Part shown: positions 39,444 to 49,468 of the stretch, one piece after another
How the letters are laid out: every line of letters starts with the position of its first letter
How positions within the stretch are numbered: position 1 is the first letter of the stretch
NCBI GenBank assembly: GCA_963775685.1
Contig: CAVZJV010000005.1
Coordinates: 64,001-128,000, forward strand
From: Candidatus Bathyarchaeota archaeon
GTDB lineage: Archaea; Thermoproteota; Bathyarchaeia; Bathyarchaeales; Bathycorpusculaceae
Reading direction: 5' to 3'
Length of the DNA: 64,000 nucleotides
Translations under genes and position numbers: made by a program
Notes under the pieces: generated by a model
What the model was told of the DNA's origin: nothing
Seen by the model: only the letters and a program-made list of their open reading frames with translations
The model's database searches: none

Positions 39444-39857
39444 TTATCCTTGCGTTTTCAGTTTTTTCCAGTCAAGATACGAAATAACAACCAATATTAC
39501 TGTCCAGATTGCCCAGAAGGCGAAGGCGGGACTGATAAAATACAGTGGCAAAGCTATTACGCGGTTAGCAATTGAAGCAGCTATTACCAGCAGAGGAGCC
39601 CAAGCAAGTTTCTTTAGCAGCCCAAACAAAGCCACACCATACACGGCTGAAACTAATAGCAGAATCACAGTTCCCGCAATCAACGCACTATAATTGCCTA
39701 TAACAGTTGCGATATAGCCTGTGTTTAGTGAAGAGTCTCGAGAAGCAGCGTTAACCCACCAGAATGCTACGTTGCCGATGTCACCGATTATGTTGATGGC
39801 AACAAAAATGATCAAGACTGTGTGCAATTTATCTAATTTTTCAATCTTTGTTTTCAT
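39444..39857 (-). CDS. Hypothetical membrane protein
   Basis: About 4 TM helices. Confidence 0.7.
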   Translation of the reverse strand: MKTKIEKLDKLHTVLIIFVAINIIGDIGNVAFWWVNAASRDSSLNTGYIATVIGNYSALIAGTVILLLVSAVYGVALFGLLKKLAWAPLLVIAASIANRVIALPLYFISPAFAFWAIWTVILVVISYLDWKKLKTQG

Positions 39858-39904
39858 AGATTACCGTTTCGCCCTCTTCTATATTTAAAACTTGCTAGCA
39901 GATG

Positions 39905-41758
39905 CTAACTTCCCATCATGGAGTAGTCCACTTGGTAGATGCGCAGGTTGCTATCAGAGTAGACAGTTGTCAAAAACCCCACAGAGTCAAAATGCGATAT
40001 ACAATTTGATGTGTAGTAGCTGATTTCTTCGTTACCGACATACACATAAGACACGTTGAATTCTCGAATTACCGACGCTAATTCTGTTATAGTACCATTG
40101 TAAGCTGAGTCGATTTCTTTTTCGCGCTGCCACACTTGATCCAAAGGTATTCCATGACCATATGGCCAATAAATATACGACGACACTCGCACCCGACCCG
40201 CAATCATAGTTGGAGGCTCATGAATACCATAATAAGTCAAAAACACCGAGTTCTGCGGCGTGTTGTCCCGAACCCACAAACCAAGTTGGTATTCACTCCA
40301 ACTAACACCTGTGTAGTCGGTCCCAACATTGTATACTATAACGCTCGATGTTGTGATGACTGAAAACAAAACCAACGCCACCACCAAAATACGCCTGGTT
40401 TTAGCCAACATGATGCCGCTAAGCACTGCGATGAGTACCCAGGCAAACATGAAGAACTTGTACATGTCCCAGCTCCAAGGCGTCAACAAAAGCATATTTG
40501 GAATTAAGAAAAGTATCAACAGAGTGATTTTGAGGTATTGGTGTCCGCGTTTGAAGAAAGAGATGATTGCCAAGGCAAAGGGGATTCCTAGATTTAGTGG
40601 GTAAAAAACAAAGGGATTATTATGAACATAGGTGGCAAAAAAGTCCAGGTTAAAACTAATCGAGAACGATGACCCGCTAAAAAGGATGAAAGGCAAGGCA
40701 AAGATAGTGGGTAACAAAAAATACAGGTAACTAAGTTTGATTTTGCGTAGGTTAATCAGCAGACAAATGGCGTAGACGACGTAGCAACAGAAGAACGCAA
40801 CATTGTGGAATTCATACGCTAAACCTGTCAAGACTCCTGCGAGAATTAAGCGATTTCTGTCATCCATATCCCGTAGCAAAGCCAGAACCAAAGCAAACGC
40901 TGGCAACCCAATAAGCAAGGGGCGCTGCTGCAAGAGATTATCAAACATTGAGGGCAACCCAAAGGTTTGGCCAAACTGATAGATGTAATTCTGCGTTGGA
41001 GTAAACGTGCCATTGAGAAGGGCTGAGAACAAACCTAAATAGCTCAATCCCCAACCGAAAACGCTGATAACTGTAGCAACAACTGCCGCCCGCCGACCAT
41101 AAGGTCGCGCCAACGCGTAAACCGCAAAACCAAAAAACAGAATGAACAAAGCATTAAGGACAGGCATCAAGGTAGGCAGGTATCCGTAGACTTTTTCAAG
41201 GATAGCCGTATGGAAGTCGACAAAGTAGTGGTAGCTAAGAGGTGTACCCAAATAGTTTGGGTTTTGAGGTGGGAAGTTGCCGTTGTTTAAGCTTTCGATA
41301 ATTTCGTAATGGAAAGGTGTGTCCTGCCAGTTAGAGCCCGTGACGACTATGCCGTACTGGTCGCCCCGCCAAACACTGAGACCCAACAAGGCAATTGAAA
41401 CAAGAAATATAACTGCGAAGAGAAGCAAGCTGGTTTTCTTAATCTGTCTCACTTTAAAAAACATCTGGGGTTTTAGTGGTTCGCCCTTCTTGTAAACTAC
41501 CCAAGCATACAACGTTGTTAAAGCCAGAAAACAAACGAGTATAGTTTGGCTTGAGTAACCTGCTGCCAACGACGCGTAATAGATGAGTTGGACGGACACT
41601 AAAACACTAAAGAGAGGTATAAAAGCCCATGTTTCATAGGATTTCAAGCGGAAAAAACGGATACCAATTAGACCTGGAACCAGAAAAGTGAAGAGAAAGG
41701 CGGCCACAAGACCAACGATGAATGAACCAAACCCCGCAGAAGTCAACACTAAAAACAC
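39905..41758 (-). CDS. GT-C-like polytopic membrane glycosyltransferase
   Basis: 'WQDTPFH...PPQNP....LSYHYF' loop, more than 10 TM helices, and C-terminal 'WVRDNTP' and 'VSYVYVG'. Confidence 0.65.
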   Translation of the reverse strand: MFLVLTSAGFGSFIVGLVAAFLFTFLVPGLIGIRFFRLKSYETWAFIPLFSVLVSVQLIYYASLAAGYSSQTILVCFLALTTLYAWVVYKKGEPLKPQMFFKVRQIKKTSLLLFAVIFLVSIALLGLSVWRGDQYGIVVTGSNWQDTPFHYEIIESLNNGNFPPQNPNYLGTPLSYHYFVDFHTAILEKVYGYLPTLMPVLNALFILFFGFAVYALARPYGRRAAVVATVISVFGWGLSYLGLFSALLNGTFTPTQNYIYQFGQTFGLPSMFDNLLQQRPLLIGLPAFALVLALLRDMDDRNRLILAGVLTGLAYEFHNVAFFCCYVVYAICLLINLRKIKLSYLYFLLPTIFALPFILFSGSSFSISFNLDFFATYVHNNPFVFYPLNLGIPFALAIISFFKRGHQYLKITLLILFLIPNMLLLTPWSWDMYKFFMFAWVLIAVLSGIMLAKTRRILVVALVLFSVITTSSVIVYNVGTDYTGVSWSEYQLGLWVRDNTPQNSVFLTYYGIHEPPTMIAGRVRVSSYIYWPYGHGIPLDQVWQREKEIDSAYNGTITELASVIREFNVSYVYVGNEEISYYTSNCISHFDSVGFLTTVYSDSNLRIYQVDYSMMGS

Positions 41759-41991
41759 TAAAACAAGCCAATATTTTTTCAGAAACGCTGAGTAAGGTGC
41801 TTTCGCAGTGATTTTCCTGTTCCCCTTCGCCTCGAATTGGTAACAGTTAATTGTTTACTGAAATGTATTAAGATTGCCGCAGAATTATTTTTCGCTCTGG
41901 CTTCTTTATCGTCTTAGAGCTACTTGTTCATTGCAAAATCCGAGAAAGCTTAATTAACTGAATTATCGTGTATGTGTTGCGGCGCTTAGTT

Positions 41992-42069
41992 GCCCAGGTA
42001 GTATAGTTAGGTCTAGTATATGCGGCTGTCGCCCGCAGGACCCGGGTCCAAATCCCGGCCTGGGCGCCA
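41992..42069 (+). tRNA. tRNA-Asp(GTC)
   Basis: Acceptor stem GCCCAGG/CCTGGGC, anticodon arm TGCGG-CTGTCGC-CCGCA, encoded CCA. The T-loop reads TCCAAAT. Confidence 0.9.
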
Positions 42070-42179
42070 TCTCTTCTTCACTTCTAACCACAGACGTTTA
42101 CTTGGGGGATTTTTAATACAAATAATTACTCAATATTTCCTTTTCACAAATGATAAATCAAGCTTGAAACAACGAGTAT

Positions 42180-42380
42180 ATGATTGTCATGGAACATCAA
42201 GTAGAAATTCCCTGTGCCTCCTGTCAATCATGGAACGGCAAACATAAAAAATTTTTCTGCAATCCTAACTCCTGCAAAGAACTGGCTGCATGGCTACTTG
42301 AACATGGTCATCAACCAAGCACGACTACGGCGCAAATACAGGTACGACTACCAGAAAACGCACTTCAATATCTGGTCTAG
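42180..42380 (+). CDS. Small Cys-containing hypothetical protein
   Basis: CASC...CNPNSC. Confidence 0.45.
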   Translation: MIVMEHQVEIPCASCQSWNGKHKKFFCNPNSCKELAAWLLEHGHQPSTTTAQIQVRLPENALQYLV

Positions 42381-42588
42381 TCACAAATCGAATCTCAACT
42401 CAGTTATAGTTGAGCGCCTTTCTTCAAGTATAATTTAAAGATTAGAGTTTCTTTATACACTCACAGGTCTTGTTTTGCCCTACACCTTTAGGAGTAACTA
42501 ATCATTGATTTTAGCTAAACTAATTAAATTATTGAGTGCAATTTTACATTTTGAATTTTCTTTTTTAGAAAACTTTTTATGAATACAA

Positions 42589-43176
42589 ATGCCCAGAACA
42601 AAAGAAGCAAACCAACAAATCCACGAACAACAACAAACAAAAATCCTCCAAGCAGCCACAAAAGTTTTCGCAGAAAAAGGCAAAGCAGCCACCATGGCTG
42701 ACGTAGTCGCTCAAGCACAAGTCAGCCAGGGCTTAGCTTATCGGTACTTTGAAAGCCATGGTAAAACAAGCAGCCAAACGGGTGGTGGACCAGCCCACCG
42801 CATAAAGCAAATTCACGGAACCCCCGGCACCCGCCTATCAATTCTAGTTTCACACATCTTAAAGGACAGACAAGAAAAACCTGGACACTACCAACTCTTT
42901 AATCAAGTTTTGGCTGATGACTCAACACCTTATGGGCTACGGCAACTCATACTAAAAAATAATCATATTATCCAAGACATAATTCGTCAGCTAATAGTAG
43001 AAGGTCAAGAATCAGGTGAAATCGCCAAAGATGACCCAGACCAGTTGACGGCAGCATTGATGGCATGTTTCGAGTGGTTGCTCAAAAGAAACAGCCGGCT
43101 TGACCCCACACGTGCAAAAGAATATTTTCCCGACGCTAAAATTATTCTACGAATGCTTAAGCCAGATCTAAAGTAA
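42589..43176 (+). CDS. TetR/AcrR family regulator (possibly with an internal deletion)
   Basis: ILQAATKVFAEKG...GLAYRYF HTH. The helix usually following YF appears to be missing. Confidence 0.8.
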   Translation: MPRTKEANQQIHEQQQTKILQAATKVFAEKGKAATMADVVAQAQVSQGLAYRYFESHGKTSSQTGGGPAHRIKQIHGTPGTRLSILVSHILKDRQEKPGHYQLFNQVLADDSTPYGLRQLILKNNHIIQDIIRQLIVEGQESGEIAKDDPDQLTAALMACFEWLLKRNSRLDPTRAKEYFPDAKIILRMLKPDLK

Positions 43177-43187
43177 GGTGTAAAGCA

Positions 43188-44227
43188 ATGATTCGAAGGG
43201 GAGTAAGCTACGATGTGGGTCGTGTTTACTATTTCAATTGGCGCCCAGTTTTTGAGCCAAAGGTTGTGCATCGTGAGCTTGAAATCACCAAAAACGATTT
43301 GCATTGTAATGCCATCAGAATCTGCAGTTTCAGCATTGACCGGTTGGTGATTGCTGCCGAGGATGCTTTGAGGCAGGGACTGGAAATTTGGTTGTCGCCT
43401 GAGATGTGGGATAAAAGACCCCAGCAAACAATTGATTATCTAATTAAAGCGGCTTTAGCAGCAGAAAAACTGCGCCTGTCATGGCCTGACAAAATAGTAT
43501 TCAGCGTAGGTTCAGAGCTAACGCTTTTTTTGCGAGGCATCATAGAAGGCAAGAACGTTGGGAAGCGAATTGGGAACCTAAGAACTGGGCAAAAATCAAG
43601 GAGGGAGAATACAACAAGCAGCTCAACGAATTCTTGGCAAAAGCAACCACAGCGGTAAGGAAATAATTTCACGGAAACTCACTTACACGTCGCTGATTTG
43701 GGAAGCTGTTGATTGGAGACTCTTTGATTTGTAGGCGTAGACCATACCGAGTCGCCCAAATTAAAGATAGGTATATACAGATGCTAAAACCCCTGTTTGC
43801 GTTTGGCAAGCCAATTGTCATCACCGAATTTGGGTAAACCTACCAAGAAGCAGCAATCACTCCCGAGGGCATAGGCGGAGACATAGTCGATCATAAATCA
43901 GAGTTCCTTCACCATCTACCGTTGTTGGGACGATTTGTTCGCCCAAAAATAAAAGGCACTATATACGCGACGAGGAATCACAAGCACTAGAACTTGTCGA
44001 CCAACTCAGCGTACTGGATAAAGCAGCAGGTGTGAATGAGCTTTCATCATGACCTTTGTCTCAACGCTCTCCACTTTCGACGACAACCCCAAATATGACC
44101 TTGACATGGCAAGCTACAGCATAGTCAAAAGCTATGGCGGCAATAGACATGGCCTAACTTACCCTAATATGACCTGAGAACCCAAAGAATCTTTCAAGGC
44201 AGCAGCCGAATACTATGCAAACATTAG
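43188..44227 (+). pseudogene. Disrupted glycoside-hydrolase-like TIM-barrel protein
   Basis: GVSYDVG, DLHCNAIR, GSELT, then GVDHY, KPIVITEFG and DLDMASY fragments across frames with several stops and frameshifts. Confidence 0.7.
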
Positions 44228-44433
44228 AAAAAGAGAAGACGTCAGTTTTAAATCAGGCAACAGTTAAGTTCTGATTTTGTTTTAGGTCTACTATTATCGA
44301 CACTACCAAATCATTCCACTAAAAATGATTCAACAAAATCGAGACTTTGAAAAAACACAGAAAAGCAACCGTTTTTGGCATTTTCATGTAGAAAAAACCA
44401 TATGAGACAACAGTTACATTAATCCAAGCATAC

Positions 44434-45777
44434 ATGATGCTAATCCAAAAACCACAAAATTTAACAAACCCAAACAACTGGCTAGTCGATATTATAAATA
44501 AAGTCAACAGCAATGCCATCGACCAGCAGCAAATAACAATGCGTGCCAGAAACGACAGTCTCTGTGTCCTTTGCAAAGGCGCACGAGCACTGTGTGGTAA
44601 AACCCGATGCCCGATAATGGTCAAAGTAAACTATTTCCTCAAAAGCGCCCCATTAATGGCAACTGAAGATATCGATGGCAGCTCACCGCCAAGCGTTTTT
44701 ATCGGAAGAATCGGATACCCTAACGTTTACGTTGGGCCCCTTGTACCACCCGTTCATGAGGATACAAGCATTTACGATTTGCCCGAGCAGTGGTTTGGAA
44801 AATCCATGGATGAGATCGTGGGTTTCCGCAGTTTACTTATTCGCGGAAAGCATCGGGTTAATGTCCAGAAGTTTATAGGTGAAGGCAAGATTTTGGATCA
44901 GACATGTGAATTAGCCCTGGCTGACAGCAGCGTAGACATCGAACTTAACCTCACAAAAAAACCCAAAGGCTCTATTTTTCTTGATGACAACGTACAACCT
45001 TTCGGTCCCTCAGCACCCATTCGCGACCTTCACGTTGGCAACGCACGCTACGACGACAAAATAGAGAAAGCATATTATGACACTGATTTGCGAGCGACAC
45101 AAGCAGTAATAGACCTCTACAATAGAGGCGTCTTAGTATCCAAAATTCAGAAAGCCTTCAGCGTAGGTGCATTTGGAATAGAAAAGAAGCGGCGCCTTGT
45201 TCCAACGCGATGGAGCATAACGGCGGTCGACGACATCTTATCTAAGAACCTTAAAGAAAAAGTCAAAACGTTCCCAGAAATTAATGAGTACCGCGTCTAT
45301 GAATCCATCTATATGGACAATGTTTTTGAGATTTTAATGATCCCCCAGCAGTGGAGCTACGAGTCCATGGAAGCATGGTACCCAGGCACAGTTTGGAACC
45401 CAGCAGGAACCAACATCGCAATCTTCTCCGATTGGGAAGGCAACAGTGGACGCACAACCTATGCTCAAATCGGTGGCTGCTACTACTCCGCGCGCTTAGC
45501 CGTCTGCGAACAACTAATAAGAGAAAGACGACAAGCGACGGCAATAGTACTCAGAGAAGCCCGCCCAGGGTACATAATGCCAATCGGCGTATGGCAAGTC
45601 CGCGAAAACGTACGAAATGCCATGCACCAAAAACCCTACATGTTCAAAAACCTCGCAGAATCACTACAATTTATCAGCAGCAGGTTCGAGATTCCAATGC
45701 AGCAATGGATATCGCAAAGCGAATTGTTAAAGAGAGCATTATTTCAGAAAAAAATAACCGATTTCTTTAAGAGCTGA
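44434..45777 (+). CDS. nreA: Nre family archaeal DNA repair protein
   Basis: CxxCKG...CG...CP, SPPSVFIGR.GYP, LVPTRWSITAVD, GVWQVRE and a C-terminal PIP box QKKITDFF. Confidence 0.92.
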   Translation: MMLIQKPQNLTNPNNWLVDIINKVNSNAIDQQQITMRARNDSLCVLCKGARALCGKTRCPIMVKVNYFLKSAPLMATEDIDGSSPPSVFIGRIGYPNVYVGPLVPPVHEDTSIYDLPEQWFGKSMDEIVGFRSLLIRGKHRVNVQKFIGEGKILDQTCELALADSSVDIELNLTKKPKGSIFLDDNVQPFGPSAPIRDLHVGNARYDDKIEKAYYDTDLRATQAVIDLYNRGVLVSKIQKAFSVGAFGIEKKRRLVPTRWSITAVDDILSKNLKEKVKTFPEINEYRVYESIYMDNVFEILMIPQQWSYESMEAWYPGTVWNPAGTNIAIFSDWEGNSGRTTYAQIGGCYYSARLAVCEQLIRERRQATAIVLREARPGYIMPIGVWQVRENVRNAMHQKPYMFKNLAESLQFISSRFEIPMQQWISQSELLKRALFQKKITDFFKS

Positions 45778-45828
45778 CCGATGGCAACTTTTAAAAAAAG
45801 CATTAAGTCTATACCTTGACAGACAGTT

Positions 45829-47442
45829 ATGTTAACCTCTGCAACAAAACGGTTCATTCTTCCCTTCTCAAACCAAAAGCAAAATCTGCCCGAGACCGAG
45901 GCAGCAGCCGTTTTTGCCGTTGCAGATTTTGAAAGAAGCAAACGCGGAGGCTTTTTAAATAAGCAACTTGAAGAAAAATTGGTTTTTATATCGATGATTT
46001 TCTATCCCATATGGCTGTTTCCTGAAAACACTATGGGATTTGTTTTCGACGGTTTTGGCGATTCCAGCTATCGCGTGTCTTATGTTGAACTCCCACCTGT
46101 TAAACAATTCATAGAAAGCTTTGAAGCAAATTCTATACCTATAGAAAATTATGCAGCATTCCTCTCAGATCACACCAACTACTTCCAACAATCCATTAAA
46201 GAGAAACAGTATGTGTTTAGGGGCTTAATCGCTGATTTGGATTTTAAGAATGAGTTTAATGTTTACCGCAAGGAAGCAACAGAAATAATTTCACAGCCAG
46301 GAGCAATACTTTCATTAACCCTTGAAGAAACGACAATTTACTCTATGCTATCAGAATTTGACAAATTGCGGCTATCTTTTAGGGAAGAAGATGAAAAACT
46401 TTTAGAATACACAAGGCGCATAAACAAAACAACAAAGCAATACCTAACCGAACTCGACTATGAAACAGCTGCCGCAAAAGAAGAAGCCGACGCTAAAATC
46501 AAAGCACAAGAAGAACTCGTTAATCCCCAAGTAGCTAAATTGAACAAGGAGTACAACCGCAAAATCAAGGATTTGACCGAAAGCTTCTATGAGGAAATGG
46601 AGAGTCTAAAAAAAAGCAGGACAAAAACTTTAAAATCCATAGAAATCTGTGAACTAAAAATTAAGAGCTACGAACGCGAGGCAAAAGCTCAAGCTATAAA
46701 AAAACATGCAATTTATGAGAAAAGATGGAAGGAAAAAATCAAGCAAACAAAAAAGGACCTGAAAAGCCTCAGAAAAGAAATAAAGAATATAGAGAGACCC
46801 CTTAAAAAAATAAGCAAACAAAAAACACAGGGGATTTACGAATTAGATGTTGAACTTGATGCTGAAATCAAGTTAGTTCGACAACCACTGCAACAACTTG
46901 AGGTCACCCTTAAAGACAAAATACTTTTCTTCAAACAGGAAACCGAAAAACTTCTCAAAAAAGAAAAACCTGTCCTTGAAAGTCTCAGCAAAAGCATCAA
47001 ATTAAGGGAAGACAACAAAGCCATGTTTGAAGGGTTGGGAATTCAGAGTGTAGACTTGAAGGGTCCAGCTCTGTTTTACGTTCCATTTTATGTGGCAGGC
47101 TATGAAACTGGCCTGACAAGGCGCTACTATATGCTGCCGCCTTCAACGATTGCAGCACTAGATTTTTCGGCCAAGCTCAAAGGAGCCTTTGGTTTGTCAA
47201 AAATCAGAGAGCTTTTTGTGCCACGCTACAAATCAATTTCTAGCTTAATTAGCAATGTTCAAGTTTTAACCAGGCAAAACAGCATGTTTGAAAGCCAGAT
47301 GTATAATTTATGTTATAGAAACAATCTATTGAACAACAGTTTGTTCATGGAAAATGTTCAGAAAGGGTTGGTTTACCTGAATCATCTGGGAAGGCTCTCA
47401 GACAAGGACCAGAAGGTTTTAAGCAACCGATCAACAGCATAA
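45829..47442 (+). CDS. Hypothetical protein with a long coiled coil
   Basis: 537 aa with a central K/E-rich coiled coil flanked by YPxW and YVPFY globular segments. Confidence 0.75.
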   Translation: MLTSATKRFILPFSNQKQNLPETEAAAVFAVADFERSKRGGFLNKQLEEKLVFISMIFYPIWLFPENTMGFVFDGFGDSSYRVSYVELPPVKQFIESFEANSIPIENYAAFLSDHTNYFQQSIKEKQYVFRGLIADLDFKNEFNVYRKEATEIISQPGAILSLTLEETTIYSMLSEFDKLRLSFREEDEKLLEYTRRINKTTKQYLTELDYETAAAKEEADAKIKAQEELVNPQVAKLNKEYNRKIKDLTESFYEEMESLKKSRTKTLKSIEICELKIKSYEREAKAQAIKKHAIYEKRWKEKIKQTKKDLKSLRKEIKNIERPLKKISKQKTQGIYELDVELDAEIKLVRQPLQQLEVTLKDKILFFKQETEKLLKKEKPVLESLSKSIKLREDNKAMFEGLGIQSVDLKGPALFYVPFYVAGYETGLTRRYYMLPPSTIAALDFSAKLKGAFGLSKIRELFVPRYKSISSLISNVQVLTRQNSMFESQMYNLCYRNNLLNNSLFMENVQKGLVYLNHLGRLSDKDQKVLSNRSTA

Positions 47443-47523
47443 TGCTTGTATGTTCAAAAAACTTATTGTACTCCTCATAGAAGATATTACATGCGTTAAC
47501 GTGCCATTTATTGCAGTTGAAAG

Positions 47524-48228
47524 GTGATTATTGTGGCGGAAAGCAAAGACTATATATTGAAAGTTTCGAACCTTGGCGTAAAACTACAAAATCAAATCTT
47601 ACTAGACCATATCACCTTCAACGTTAAGAAGGGAACAACATTAGCTATCCTTGGACCCAACGGGGCGGGGAAAACAATCTTGCTCAAAACACTTCTAAAC
47701 CTTGTTTCCCACACTGGATCCATGGAGTGGACTGAAAAAGTTAAAATCGGCTACGTGCCCCAATACGTCGCTGTTTCGGATATTCCAATGTCGGTTAGAG
47801 AGTTTCTTTCAATCGGAAATGGGGCTGATGTAGAAAACGCGCTAAAAAAGGTAAGATTAAACGACAATAGCATCTTGAACAAACGTTTAGGAGTACTCTC
47901 GGGCGGGCAGTTGAGACGAGTTTTGATTGCTTGGGCATTAAACGACAACCCCAACGTGCTGCTTTTGGATGAACCCACAACCGGCGTGGACATGGATAGT
48001 GAAGAACCAATCTATCTAATGCTTAACGAAATCAAGAAATTCCAGAAAATAACGATTTTCCTAATAACGCACAACATCCACATCGTCCAAGAATACGCGG
48101 ATGCTTTACTGGCGATAAATAAATGCGTAACCTTCTGTGGAGCAGCATCAGAAATAGCTAAACCAGACATTCAAAGACAGATTTATGGCGAAACAGTCTG
48201 CGTGGAAACAGAAAGAGGAGAAAACTAA
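47524..48228 (+). CDS. Metal (Zn/Mn) ABC transporter ATP-binding protein
   Basis: GPNGAGKT, IGYVPQ, LSGGQ and LDEPTTGVD. Confidence 0.9.
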   Translation: MIIVAESKDYILKVSNLGVKLQNQILLDHITFNVKKGTTLAILGPNGAGKTILLKTLLNLVSHTGSMEWTEKVKIGYVPQYVAVSDIPMSVREFLSIGNGADVENALKKVRLNDNSILNKRLGVLSGGQLRRVLIAWALNDNPNVLLLDEPTTGVDMDSEEPIYLMLNEIKKFQKITIFLITHNIHIVQEYADALLAINKCVTFCGAASEIAKPDIQRQIYGETVCVETERGEN

Positions 48229-48232
48229 GCGC

Positions 48233-49039
48233 ATGCTCGACACCACACTCTACAGCCTGTTTCTATCAATTTTCGTCGGCGTCGCCACAGGCTACTTGGG
48301 GTCACTGATGGTTCTCGAGAAGATGGCGCTAGTTGGCGATGCACTCTCACACGTTGCCCTTCCAGGCTTAGCTATTGGGATTACGTTTCATTTTGACCCG
48401 TTCCTTGGCGCTTTTGCCTTTTTGTTTGTTTCAGCAGCTATAATTTGGCAAATTCAAAGGACAACAAAAATCTCTTTCGAAGCGCTCGTCGGCGCAATGT
48501 TTACTTTGGCATTGGCAATCGGTATTCTGATCTACGGGGATAATTTAGATGCGCTTGAGGCAGCTCTTTTCGGCGACATCTCCCAAGTTACCCTACAAAG
48601 CACTACGATCGCTGTAGCAGTTTGTGTTGTAGCCATCATCCTCACTAAATTAATCTATGACAAACTTGTTTTGGCAATGATTTCCGAGGACCTTGCAATC
48701 TCAAAAGGCATCAAAGTTGCAAGAGTAAACCTACTTTACCTTTTCCTTGTCTCCGTGGTCGTCGCCATCGGCATCCAAATAGTTGGAACATTGCTTGTTG
48801 GATTTCTAGTTATAGTGCCTGCGATAGCAGCTAAAAACTTGAGCTCCCACATGCGAAGATACTCGATGCTCAGCGCAGTTTTCGGTGCCGCCGCAGGGTT
48901 CTCAGGTGTATTTTTCTGGAGCGTCTTTTTTGGTCCAGGGACATCTATTCCATTCTCGGGTCCGCTGGTTGTTTTCTCAGGCATCATAATCTTCTCCGTA
49001 AGTATAGTTATTAACTGGAGATACAAGTTAACGACTTAG
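48233..49039 (+). CDS. Metal (Zn/Mn) ABC transporter permease
   Basis: GDALSHVALPG, LFGDI and VGTLLV. Confidence 0.9.
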   Translation: MLDTTLYSLFLSIFVGVATGYLGSLMVLEKMALVGDALSHVALPGLAIGITFHFDPFLGAFAFLFVSAAIIWQIQRTTKISFEALVGAMFTLALAIGILIYGDNLDALEAALFGDISQVTLQSTTIAVAVCVVAIILTKLIYDKLVLAMISEDLAISKGIKVARVNLLYLFLVSVVVAIGIQIVGTLLVGFLVIVPAIAAKNLSSHMRRYSMLSAVFGAAAGFSGVFFWSVFFGPGTSIPFSGPLVVFSGIIIFSVSIVINWRYKLTT

Positions 49040-49050
49040 GAGCGGAAAAA

Positions 49051-49464
49051 ATGAAGAAGTACACGGGTAAAACCTCAACCGCCATAATACCCTACATAGG
49101 CAATAAGATTTTGCTGATTAAACGTAACACGATTCCATTTAAGGGGTACTGGGCGTTGCCTGGCGGCAGAATGGATCCTGGCGAAACCATCGAGCAAACC
49201 ATAGTTAGGGAAGTAAAGGAGGAAACAGGACTCGACACCGTTATTGTAAGCAAATTGGGCGAGTATGTTGAGAAAGGTGTTAAAGATGATGTTGAATACG
49301 AGTATTACCCGACGTGTTTTGTAGTTAAGCCTGTGAGCGGAGAAATCAAGAAGCAGGACAGCGAAATCCAGGAAATCAAGCTCTTCCACCTAAACGAGTT
49401 GCCTAAACCGTTGGCCTTTGAACATGACCAGATGATTAAGGATTACCTGCATCCATCAAAGTAA
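49051..49464 (+). CDS. NUDIX hydrolase
   Basis: WALPGG.....E......REVKEETGL and LAFEH. Confidence 0.92.
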   Translation: MKKYTGKTSTAIIPYIGNKILLIKRNTIPFKGYWALPGGRMDPGETIEQTIVREVKEETGLDTVIVSKLGEYVEKGVKDDVEYEYYPTCFVVKPVSGEIKKQDSEIQEIKLFHLNELPKPLAFEHDQMIKDYLHPSK

Positions 49465-49468
49465 TGCC

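Noticed and set aside
29850-42069. tRNA-Asp as the integration site of the element
   Set aside because: The tRNA is about 2.6 kb outside the right end, beyond two host-like genes, and no duplicated tRNA 3' fragment was seen at the left end.
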